From assembly GCA_025060195.1 (NCBI GenBank), contig JANXCQ010000007.1:34647-98646 (forward strand): a stretch of DNA of 64,000 nt, in the 5' to 3' direction. The translations under genes were made by a program, and so were the position numbers. Numbering within the stretch: the stretch's first letter is position 1; each line of letters begins with the position of its first letter. Shown piece after piece: positions 1 through 7,683 of the stretch. The DNA comes from Gemmatales bacterium. Lineage in GTDB: Bacteria; Planctomycetota; Planctomycetia; Gemmatales; HRBIN36. Under the pieces are notes generated by a model, which was not told the DNA's origin, did not search any database, and saw only the letters and a list, made by a program, of their open reading frames with translations.

Positions 1-235
1 AGGCGTCTTCCGCCGTGCCGAACAATTGGTCGAAAAACATCGGGCGCGCGCCGAAGCGGTCGCTGACGAAATCCAGCCCGATACGTTGCGTGAGCTGCTA
101 TACTACCTCGTGGACAACATCCTGGTTCGCCGCCGCCGCGAATCATCAGCCTCGGACGCAGACACAGAAATATCGACGGCGCCGAGCAAACTTCGCGTGG
201 GCTTGACAGTCGTCGCCAACCATACCGTCCCCTAG
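1..235 (+). CDS. 3' end of a CDS entering from the left edge. The C-terminus is helical and the family cannot be determined (faint polyprenyl-synthase-like look only).
   Basis: Frame 2 is open from base 2 to TAG 233-235 (GVFRRAEQLVEKHRARAEAVADEIQPDTLRELLYYLVDNILVRRRR...). Only about 77 codons are visible. Confidence 0.3.
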   Translation, partial: GVFRRAEQLVEKHRARAEAVADEIQPDTLRELLYYLVDNILVRRRRESSASDADTEISTAPSKLRVGLTVVANHTVP

Positions 236-592
236 CGAGAACTCAACCATGCCTACCGACGCCCGTATCGGTGTGGCTCTCGGCCTGCTCATTACCCTGT
301 TGCTGGGCCTATTGCTATCCAGTAAAATCAAAGATGACGACCCCGCTACTACTTCACTACGCCAGTTCTGCCGGACTGTCTTCGCCCCTGTAGAACCTTA
401 TCTCCTCACACCCGCGCATTCTACGCCAACTTCGGAATAAGCCGATAGGCCTAGTTGCCATAAGCTGGTCAGTCCAAGCCACGCTCCTCGGTGACCTTAT
501 GTGCTTCTTTGTTCTATTGTGGGAGCCAACTAGTTTACTGCCTCACGGTTGGCTGCGAGGAGCTACAAGTGCCTGGACAGGACAAGGCCCTT

Positions 593-1045
593 ATGTTCAA
601 TCACTTTAGCCGCAAAATTGTTGTGATCGCCATGACCGGTATCAGCTCGCTGATCTTCACACCCAGCCCCAAACCTTCCGAGACAGCTTTTTACATGTCC
701 CCTGATAATACAACACATGACGAATTTGTCAAAATACCCAAGCAGCCTTCCTACGGGCAACTGAACGGCTACTCGAAAGTGGATTACTTGACGCCCCCAA
801 CTAATAAAAGAACACAGTCCTGGTTTGATAACGAAAAAAAGCGTAAGGTGTTGGAGTATGGTAGTCATGTTATAGAACACGTCTGCTTTTCAAATCCATC
901 GAGTTCACAAACTTCGCGGCCGAATGTAAGGCTTCCTCGCTCAGTGGCCTCAGGTTCAGGAAAAGTTGGCGCGGCGGCCATGGCAGGTGCCGGCGCCGTC
1001 GGTGCGGGTTACCTACTCCGTCGGCGGAGCAATACACAGTCCTAG
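593..1045 (+). CDS. Hypothetical small exported or anchored protein, with an N-terminal signal-anchor and a C-terminal Gly/Ala-rich hydrophobic stretch followed by RRRS.
   Basis: ATG 593 lies inside ORF 491-1045. The N-terminus is hydrophobic (MFNHFSRKIVVIAMTGISSLIF). The C-terminus reads GKVGAAAMAGAGAVGAGYLLRRRSNTQS. GC is about 48% in a hand-counted 60-nt sample, lower than core genes. Confidence 0.4.
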   Translation: MFNHFSRKIVVIAMTGISSLIFTPSPKPSETAFYMSPDNTTHDEFVKIPKQPSYGQLNGYSKVDYLTPPTNKRTQSWFDNEKKRKVLEYGSHVIEHVCFSNPSSSQTSRPNVRLPRSVASGSGKVGAAAMAGAGAVGAGYLLRRRSNTQS

Positions 1046-1185
1046 CCCAAGACACAGCGAGTAAACCACCTGAAGGGGAAAGCTAGGATCTGTCCACTAC
1101 ACGGGTGCGACAACGGCCCCACCACGCGAATGACTTAGCGTGTCTGGTCGGAGCATTTCGATCAAATCCTTGGGAGCACGTTGAT

Positions 1186-4100
1186 TCACTTCCCACCAAA
1201 GCCCCGATATGCCCCCTCTATGAATTTAAGCAGCATGTGCGCGTCGTGCATTTCTGGATATTCTTCGACCAAGCGACGAAGTATCTGTCGCGCCTGGCTA
1301 AAATAAGCTAATGCCTGACTTCTTTTGTTTCCCTTAGCTAAACATGACCCTATCTCACTGAGGGTCTCAGCTAAAGCGAGATGATAAACAGGTAAATCGG
1401 GCAACTCGTGAACCAGGGCTTGGCGGAGCCTTAGAGCTTGCTCGAAGTATTTTTGGGCCTCGCTGACCTTATTACGTTGCAATAGCAGGGCCCCATACAT
1501 GTGGTATTTGTCGGCTAGTTCCTCGTGGTATTTGGATACCTGGGAATTCTTCCCGGCTAACGCCTCATACGCTGTCAGGGCTTGGCGATATGCCGACTCA
1601 GCTTCGTTCACGCGACCTGTGGTTATTAACAGATGCCCCAAAATATATTGAGTGCGGGCTAATTCCTGAAGATATTCGGCGTTCTTAGGCTCCTCCGCCA
1701 ATAGGCTCTCTTGAATTGCCAATGCTTGCCGATAAGCCGACTCCGCTTCCCTAATGCGTTTCGTGCCTTGCAGCATAAGGCCGAAGTTGTAATAGGTGGC
1801 CGCGAGTTGGCGGCGATAAATGGAGGATTGGGGATACTCTGCTATGAGCCTTTCCCGGATTGCTAATGCTCGCCTATAGGCTAACTCAGCTTCTTCCGTT
1901 CTACCCGTGTCGTCCAGCAGATTACCTAAGTTAGTGTGTGTGGCAGCGAGCTCTTGGAGATACTGAGGCGTCCGAGGATATTCTCCAGCTAGCTTCTCAT
2001 ATATTTTCAAGGCCTTCTGATGAGCCGATTCCGCCTCCTCCAATCGCCCGGTGGATTTCAATAAGACGCCTAAGTCGTTTAGTATTGCGGCAAGTTGTTG
2101 GCGGTACTGAGGATTCTGGGGATGCTCCAAGCTGAGCTTTTCATATATTGCCAACGCCCGCTGATAAGCCGATTCCGCTTCCTTGTCTTGTCCAGTGTCT
2201 TGCAGCAAGTCGCCCAAACTACGCTGAATGACGGCGAATTCTTGGTAATAGAGTAGAACTTGGGGATAGTCGGCCGCGAGCTTTTCGTAAACTATCAGCG
2301 CCTGCACATAGGCAGCCCTCGCTTCGCTCATTCGTTCTGTATTCCTCAACAAATTCCCCAAATTATAGCGGGCGCGTGCAAGCTCTTGGCGGTAATAAGA
2401 CACCTGTGGGTGCTCGGCAGCAAGTTTTTCCAGGAGTACTAACGCCTGCCGATAAGCGGACTCAGCCTCCTGGATTCGTCCTGTGGCACTTAACAGAAGG
2501 CCTAGGTTTTGATGAGTTCGCGCGAGCTCTAGGCGATTTTCCGGCACCTGGGGAAGATCTGCAACTAGCTTTTCTTGGCTTGCCAGGGCTCGGCGATAGG
2601 CCAGCTCGGCCTCTTGCGTTCGCCCAGAAAGTTGCAGTAAGTTGCCTAAGTTGTTATGTGAAGTAGCAACTTCTTGCCGGTACAGGGCCACATTTGGATA
2701 TTCTTCGGCTAGCTTTTGATGAATGCTTAGGGCATGCCGAAACAATATCTCAGCTTCCTGCATTCGTCCCTTAGATTGTAACAAGACGCCCAGGTTGTTG
2801 CTCGCGATGCCGAGTGCATGCCGATATTCCGGCACCTGAGGACGCTCTTGAGCTAAAGTCTCGAGCACCGAAACTGCTCGCTGATATGCATGTTCACTAG
2901 GGTCGTGCTGACCCAAGATTTCATAAAGCCTGCCCAAAGAAAAATACGCACGGGCTAAGCGGTACTTCTCTTCATGGCTGGTTGCGGCACCTTGGGTGTA
3001 CTCCTTGTAGTAGGCGACCAAGGCTTGGAGTAATTGTTTTTCCTCCGCGGTGAGGTGGGGTTTGCGGCTGAGCTGGTCGAGAGCTTGATCGGAGGCGATC
3101 AGTTCGATGGCTTGACGGGCACGTTCGGCCGCGCTTTCCGCTTGCTCGCGACGTTCTTCCGCCAGCTTCCGGGCCTGCTCGGCTTGTTGGAAGCTGGTCT
3201 CGGCACGTTGGCGTTCGACTTCCTCGCGGCGGAGCGCTTCATTCAGTTGCTCGTTAGTCTGCTCGAGTTCGCGATTTTTCGTCCCCAGAACCGCCGCGAA
3301 ACCGGACAGCAACAGAGCAGCCACCAGCACCACGGCCCCGCCCGTAGTCATCAGCACGCGATGGCGTCGTGCCCAGCGCGCTAACCGTTCCCGCACCGAT
3401 TCCCGATACGCCGACACAGCTTCATTCGCGAGCCATCTCTCGACATCCCTAATCAAATCTTCGGCGGAGCGGTAACGCATATCGGGCGATTCGGCCATCG
3501 CCTTGGCGCAGATGGCCACGAGTGCAGGAGGCAGCCAGGGTTTGAGTTTGCCGGGAGGCGGCGCGGGTCGTCCTTCGGCGAAAGGCGGCTGGCCTGTCAG
3601 CAGGTGATATAACGTAGCGCCCAGCAGGAACACATCGGTACGTTCGTCGGCAGGTTGACCGGCGAGTTGTTCAGGAGCCATGTAGGCCTTCGTACCCAAC
3701 ACCGCCCCAGGTGCCGTCAGTGCGGGGTCATCCCCATCTTCGTCATTAGTAATCTGGGTAGTGGATTCGACCGAGCTGACCTGGCGAACGCGTCGGGCCA
3801 AGCCCCAGTCGAGAACGATCGTTTCGCCATAGGGACCAAGCAAGATATTATGCGGTTTTAAATCGCGGTGAATGACGCCACGACTATGCGCGTAGGCAAT
3901 GGTCCGGCACACCGCGAGAAACCGATTGAGCAGTTCGAGAAACCTCAACCGCACTCTGGGCCGCCCGAAGTCGCGCGCTCGGCGAACGCTGCGATGAAAC
4001 TCAGCAATCGCTTCGTCGTAACGCTGGCCTTGGAGGTAGCGCATGACATAGTACCGCGTGCGGTTCGCTTCGCCCCGACCTAACACGGGCACGATGCCTG

Positions 4101-4500
4101 GATGCTCGAGTTGCGCCGTGATAGCCGCTTCTTGCTCGAAGCGTGCTTGCTCAAAGGGATTGCGGGAGAACTTGATCGCTACTAGTCGCTGGAGGGCGAG
4201 GTCCTCGGCTAACCAGACTTCGCCCATGCCGCCCCGACCGATCTGCCGTATCATGCGGTAGCGAGTTTGTTCCACGATGTCGGTTGCCGGTGGCTGCGGT
4301 TCGTCGTTCGTCGCTTCCGAGCGGTCGTTGTACGCGGAACCGTCTCCAGGGGGTCGCAAGGTGCTTTCGTCGCTCAAGGAGCGATACTCTGGCTCCGCAG
4401 GCGAGGATGGCCCAGGGGATGCAGGTTGTGGAGTAAGCGGCTGAACCGACTGGGAACGCTGCGTGGGTTGCGACCCTTCGTGTGGCGCGGGCGCAGACAT
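1186..4500 (-). CDS. Membrane-spanning Ser/Thr protein kinase with a coiled coil and a long C-terminal TPR array.
   Basis: 1104-aa ORF. ATG 4500 has AAGGAGA about 8 nt upstream. Hanks motifs are present: VAIK, HRDLKPHNILL, DWGLAR, GTKAYMAPE. There is one TM segment (VLMTTGGAVVLVAALLLSGFAAVLG), an E/R/Q-rich coiled coil, then about 12 TPR-like units. Confidence 0.9.
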   Translation of the reverse strand: MSAPAPHEGSQPTQRSQSVQPLTPQPASPGPSSPAEPEYRSLSDESTLRPPGDGSAYNDRSEATNDEPQPPATDIVEQTRYRMIRQIGRGGMGEVWLAEDLALQRLVAIKFSRNPFEQARFEQEAAITAQLEHPGIVPVLGRGEANRTRYYVMRYLQGQRYDEAIAEFHRSVRRARDFGRPRVRLRFLELLNRFLAVCRTIAYAHSRGVIHRDLKPHNILLGPYGETIVLDWGLARRVRQVSSVESTTQITNDEDGDDPALTAPGAVLGTKAYMAPEQLAGQPADERTDVFLLGATLYHLLTGQPPFAEGRPAPPPGKLKPWLPPALVAICAKAMAESPDMRYRSAEDLIRDVERWLANEAVSAYRESVRERLARWARRHRVLMTTGGAVVLVAALLLSGFAAVLGTKNRELEQTNEQLNEALRREEVERQRAETSFQQAEQARKLAEERREQAESAAERARQAIELIASDQALDQLSRKPHLTAEEKQLLQALVAYYKEYTQGAATSHEEKYRLARAYFSLGRLYEILGQHDPSEHAYQRAVSVLETLAQERPQVPEYRHALGIASNNLGVLLQSKGRMQEAEILFRHALSIHQKLAEEYPNVALYRQEVATSHNNLGNLLQLSGRTQEAELAYRRALASQEKLVADLPQVPENRLELARTHQNLGLLLSATGRIQEAESAYRQALVLLEKLAAEHPQVSYYRQELARARYNLGNLLRNTERMSEARAAYVQALIVYEKLAADYPQVLLYYQEFAVIQRSLGDLLQDTGQDKEAESAYQRALAIYEKLSLEHPQNPQYRQQLAAILNDLGVLLKSTGRLEEAESAHQKALKIYEKLAGEYPRTPQYLQELAATHTNLGNLLDDTGRTEEAELAYRRALAIRERLIAEYPQSSIYRRQLAATYYNFGLMLQGTKRIREAESAYRQALAIQESLLAEEPKNAEYLQELARTQYILGHLLITTGRVNEAESAYRQALTAYEALAGKNSQVSKYHEELADKYHMYGALLLQRNKVSEAQKYFEQALRLRQALVHELPDLPVYHLALAETLSEIGSCLAKGNKRSQALAYFSQARQILRRLVEEYPEMHDAHMLLKFIEGAYRGFGGK
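1189..2945 (-). repeat. Tandem array of about 12 TPR-like units inside the kinase gene, with a period of roughly 48 aa / 144 bp by manual count.
   Basis: The unit EAESAYRQALAIxEKLxxExPxxPxYxxxLAxTxxNLGxLLxxTGR recurs head-to-tail. I counted 48 residues between successive EAES motifs in three units. Confidence 0.7.
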
Positions 4501-4514
4501 CGGGCGACTCTCCT

Positions 4515-5135
4515 TTATTTCAAGTCGTCCAAATCGAGGTAGCGACGGAGTTTCTCCTTGGCACTATGCCAATAGCGTTTCACGGTGCGTTCGCTGACCT
4601 GCAGGATGCGGGCGATTTCTTCCTGTGTCAGGCCGTGATACCAACGCAGATTGACGACCTCGCGTTCCTCCTCTTCCAAGACGCCGGGCTGGTCAATCAG
4701 TTCATGGAACCGTTGCCAGGCTTCCCAGCGTTCGGGTGAGGAGGAAGTGCTGGCTACGGGCTGAGGCCTTGAGCCAGCGGTGTCTTGGTCACGCTCGGCG
4801 ACGCTGTCCCAATGCGGCAAGGCAGGTCGGCGGAGTAATTCCAAAGCGGCCCAGCGAAGATTTTTCGCCGCCACCGCCAGGAAATGGCGTGCCGAATGGA
4901 AGTTGAGCCGTTGCTCCCGAAGCGTTTCTAAAAGACGGAGGCAGAGATTCTGCATGACGTCGGAGCTGCTAAACGCCGGGTCATTCCGCGTGCGGAACAT
5001 GTGGGCGGCTATCGCTTCAAACCGTTGCCTGACATAAGCGAACAGTGCGTTTTCCGCCTCGGTATCTCCTGCTTGCGCCTGAGCTAACATCCCCTCAACC
5101 TGACGCCAACTGGTGCTGGAATGCGCGTCGCTCAT
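4515..5135 (-). CDS. ECF-type RNA polymerase sigma factor of the kinase-associated type (ECF43 / Sigma70_ECF-like, by recall).
   Basis: 206-aa ORF with a region-4 HTH (VVNLRWYHGLTQEEIARILQVSERTVKRYWHSAKEKLRRYL). Stop TAA 4515-4517 lies 14 nt upstream of the kinase ATG, and the kinase RBS follows the stop directly. Confidence 0.85.
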   Translation of the reverse strand: MSDAHSSTSWRQVEGMLAQAQAGDTEAENALFAYVRQRFEAIAAHMFRTRNDPAFSSSDVMQNLCLRLLETLREQRLNFHSARHFLAVAAKNLRWAALELLRRPALPHWDSVAERDQDTAGSRPQPVASTSSSPERWEAWQRFHELIDQPGVLEEEEREVVNLRWYHGLTQEEIARILQVSERTVKRYWHSAKEKLRRYLDLDDLK

Positions 5136-5173
5136 GGTGCGTCCCCGTGCGTGCCTGTCAGTAAACCGTCGTT

Positions 5174-5201
5174 ATTATAACCGCACGCGGCAGGGTAGCA
5201 A
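5174..5201 (-). promoter_or_regulatory. Candidate sigma70-type promoter for the sigma-kinase operon.
   Basis: On the minus strand: TTGCTA (5201-5196), a 16-nt spacer, then a perfect TATAAT (5179-5174), about 39 nt upstream of ATG 5135. The -35 overlaps the GGTAGCAAT repeat. Confidence 0.3.
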
Positions 5202-5306
5202 TCGCGTCAAGAAATGTCGTAATTCCCGCGCGTTTCAGATTTGGCCGACTTTTTGTTATTGGGCTGAGGTAGCAATCGAGTCAGGCAATGTCCTTATTGC
5301 CGCGGG
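5194..5306 (+). repeat. Two imperfect 39-nt direct repeats with a 74-bp period.
   Basis: 5194-5232 reads ggtagcaatcgcgtcaagaaatgtcgtaattcccgcgcg. 5268-5306 reads ggtagcaatcgagtcaggcaatgtccttattgccgcggg. There are 7 mismatches in 39. The second copy contains the palindrome GGCAAT-N6-ATTGCC. Confidence 0.6.
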
Positions 5307-5465
5307 GTCATTGCCTTCTTGCAGGGCCAGCGTGTCTCCTACGTTTGCAGGTAAGTCTGGGATCAGCGCACCCGCTCGAAGGGACGCGAAATGTTATCTA
5401 AAGGCCAAATACTGTCGCTGGTACCAAGTGATGAATTAATAGTCGCGAACTAGCCGCTGCTCAGG

Positions 5466-6395
5466 CTACTTATTGTCCAGCTTAATATGCTTGGCGCGGT
5501 CGCGCACTAATGGATGCGGATCGTTCTGCAGTTTCTTCACCAATTCGGGCGTGCGAAAGAAAGGATACTTTATCAACACATGCACCGCATACCGTCGGAT
5601 GTACCAGGCCTTATCATTAACCAGCCGTTCCAGCTTGGTTCTAGCGAGCTCCACGTCGGCGTGTTGCCTGAAATTGCGGCGTATCCGCCAGGCTGTTGTC
5701 TCCAAGACATGCGCGGCCCAATCGAATTCGTCCGCATTCAATTGGCTTTTTGCTGTCACACCCTTGTGAAACCAGTGCCAAGCATCTTGCTTATAGTTTT
5801 CATACAAATACTCTACTAACCCATCGGGTATCTTATCCTGATACTCTGCGATAATGGTGGGATATGAATCCGCGGGTCGAGATTTTAGTCCGATGATGGA
5901 GTCCATGTTGTTTATCTGGTCATACATCTTGAGCAGCCGGTGCGCGATGGCTGCTTTAGATTCGACACTCTCCACATTAGGAAGTTCGCCACGTTCATTA
6001 GTTTCAAGATACTTAATCCACACGTGCCGACATATGCCCGACGTGTCCACAGTCAGCAGGCATGGTAGTATTCCCTCAAATACCATAGCTGCCACTATAT
6101 CTTTCTTGAATTCCTCCTCATAAGTCTCCACCATAGTCTCCGCCCATTTGCGCAAGTCTAATTCCATTTTTCCCTGAGCCTTCTCTTTCAGGAACTTGTC
6201 TATTTGCATCGGGTTACCAACTAAATGTCGAAGCATTACACACTCGCGATGTTGCCGAACGTGTTGACCTGCGAAAACCGGCCCTGGGTGCTCCAAAACT
6301 GTCGGCAGGAATAAACCGATGAGCACCGGCAGCCCGTAGAACAGACCAACGTTTCCAACAAAGGCTACTTGCCGCGGGAAATCGCTTCTAAGCAT
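5466..6395 (-). CDS. Hypothetical protein with an N-terminal TM segment and a C-terminal HEAT/armadillo-like repeat.
   Basis: ORF 5466-6401. GAGGAGGT directly abuts ATG 6401, so ATG 6395 (6-nt spacing) is the better start. The TM segment is GNVGLFYGLPVLIGLFLPTVL. The C-terminus reads DKAWYIRRYAVHVLIKYPFF...NDPHPLVRDRAKH. Two hand-counted 60-nt samples gave 40-45% GC. Confidence 0.6.
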   Translation of the reverse strand: MLRSDFPRQVAFVGNVGLFYGLPVLIGLFLPTVLEHPGPVFAGQHVRQHRECVMLRHLVGNPMQIDKFLKEKAQGKMELDLRKWAETMVETYEEEFKKDIVAAMVFEGILPCLLTVDTSGICRHVWIKYLETNERGELPNVESVESKAAIAHRLLKMYDQINNMDSIIGLKSRPADSYPTIIAEYQDKIPDGLVEYLYENYKQDAWHWFHKGVTAKSQLNADEFDWAAHVLETTAWRIRRNFRQHADVELARTKLERLVNDKAWYIRRYAVHVLIKYPFFRTPELVKKLQNDPHPLVRDRAKHIKLDNK

Positions 6396-6532
6396 GCTCA
6401 TACCTCCTCTATTTAGTGATGGAGAAAGAGGTGCATCTCTGTTTCACTACTTGTATTCCGTTCTTTTCATAAGCACTTGCTTTCGTTTCTGAATACCTGT
6501 GACTAGACTAAGTTAACTAAATAGAGCGCCTC

Positions 6533-7323
6533 CTAGCGCCTAGGCGTCCTGGCTAAGAAGGCCTGAAGTATTCCAACTTGCACATTGGGATTATCACCCA
6601 TAGAGGTGTGACTCAGGGTAGTCCAGGGATCGATAGGCGGGTTATTCACATCCCTGTCATGGTCAGCGCCCTGAACGGCATTACCACGTATAGTAGCATC
6701 GACAGTCTGATAATAATTGGCATGATATTGAGAATTTATAGGGCGCTCAGTAACTGGCATAGGAGGCACGTAGGTGAGCATGTTTCCCTGTAGAACGATG
6801 CGAGGCCGACTTCCGTGAACGATAGCGTCTATATAGGCCGTGAAAGGAACCGCGAAGGGCAGACGAAAGCCTTCGTCAGGAATTCGCCCAGCAGCGGCTT
6901 CGCTGAGACGATTCGCTAGGTTCAACGCAGCCCCGCCCCCCAGCTGAAGCCAAGCATAGCTAAGTAGGAGACATTGCGCAAGTTGACCGCGGCCCGCACT
7001 TCTTCATATGCTTGACCAGTCCCTAAAGTCTGTTCTTGGTGGCTTTGCTCTTGCTCCGCAAACATGTGCACATCAAATCCGTGAGTTTGATATAACTCTC
7101 TGCCGATTTCATAAATGCCCCAACCTCTGGCACGTATAGTTTCGAATTCGAATGTAGCCGGTGTTTGTGTAAAACCTCCAATAGCAACGATGACTGCTTG
7201 GAACCTATAAAAGGTAACGCGATCGCTGCTGACGACTCGATTGCCCAGGCGGGCTTCGAAGGTCAGCGTGGCGGTGAGCGGCTGGGCCTTGCCGCTTATC
7301 CACTCGTAAAGAGCCGGGGCCAT
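6533..7323 (-). pseudogene. Alpha/beta-fold hydrolase (esterase/lipase-like) split by a frameshift at a G6 tract. As written it appears as ORFs 6922-7323 and 6533-6925.
   Basis: ORF1 ends ...VSYLAMLGFSWGAGLR*. The ORF2 frame is already open upstream through the junction. One extra G in the run 6936-6941 gives ...LGFSWGGGAALNLANRLSEAAAG..., a textbook GxSxG nucleophile elbow. A late LSHTSMGDNPNVQVGILQAFL looks like the catalytic-His helix. ATG 7323 has GAGGAAAA upstream. Confidence 0.5.
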
Positions 7324-7365
7324 TACCGCTTTTCCTCGATGGATAACGCGTAACTTAGCCGTCTG

Positions 7366-7390
7366 ATTATTGCTACCTTAGCGCAATAAT
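7366..7390. promoter_or_regulatory. AT-rich inverted repeat (possible operator) about 45 nt upstream of the hydrolase start.
   Basis: ATTATTGC (7366-7373), N9, GCAATAAT (7383-7390). It overlaps ATTGCTACC (7369-7377), the reverse complement of the GGTAGCAAT motif at 5194 and 5268. Confidence 0.3.
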
Positions 7391-7543
7391 TTCAGTTTCA
7401 CGATCCCATTCATGCCGTTCGCCGCGTGGATCGTGGCCGAAACGCAATACAGACGGCGGACAACGAAATGTGTTTATGTCAGTGTAAATGAATCCCTTTC
7501 GCCGCGGATGGATCGCAGATAAGCGTGCGGCGGTAACTCAGTG

Positions 7544-7658
7544 GTGATGAGCGTCGCGCTCATGTGGGGAAGCGATTGCTCCGCGCGGAACGTTACATCC
7601 GCTCGAGTGGCTCCCCCGAGTCGGGTGTGATCAGCGTCGCGCTCGTGTGGGGAAGCGA
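7544..7658 (+). repeat. Pair of 32-bp direct repeats with an 83-bp period, each containing a short palindrome (REP-like).
   Basis: 7544-7575 reads gtgatgagcgtcgcgctcatgtggggaagcga. 7627-7658 reads gtgatcagcgtcgcgctcgtgtggggaagcga (2 mismatches). The core hairpin is GAGCG-TCG-CGCTC. Confidence 0.6.
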
Positions 7659-7683
7659 GCACCTGGAGCGAAACGCAAAGGCG

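Noticed and set aside
249-440. A 63-aa ORF with a hydrophobic stretch (IGVALGLLITLLLGLLLSS).
   Set aside because: It could be a small membrane protein. I found no convincing RBS or conserved motif, so there is not enough support to list it as a feature.
5113-5439. A 108-aa plus-strand ORF in the spacer upstream of the sigma gene.
   Set aside because: It overlaps the sigma start codon and promoter-like elements. It has no RBS, and its composition is dominated by the repeats.
7531-7580. tRNA-like D-arm string (GGTAACTCAGTGGTGATGAG) next to the islet, which would have suggested tRNA-targeted integration.
   Set aside because: I could not fold a cloverleaf. There is no anticodon stem complementarity, no T-arm GGTTCGAATCC-type box and no acceptor pairing.
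5136-7683. Calling the low-GC islet a mobile element.
   Set aside because: No integrase, transposase, recombinase, tRNA target or clear long terminal repeats are visible. Only short motifs are present. It is reported as a finding, not as a mobile_element feature.
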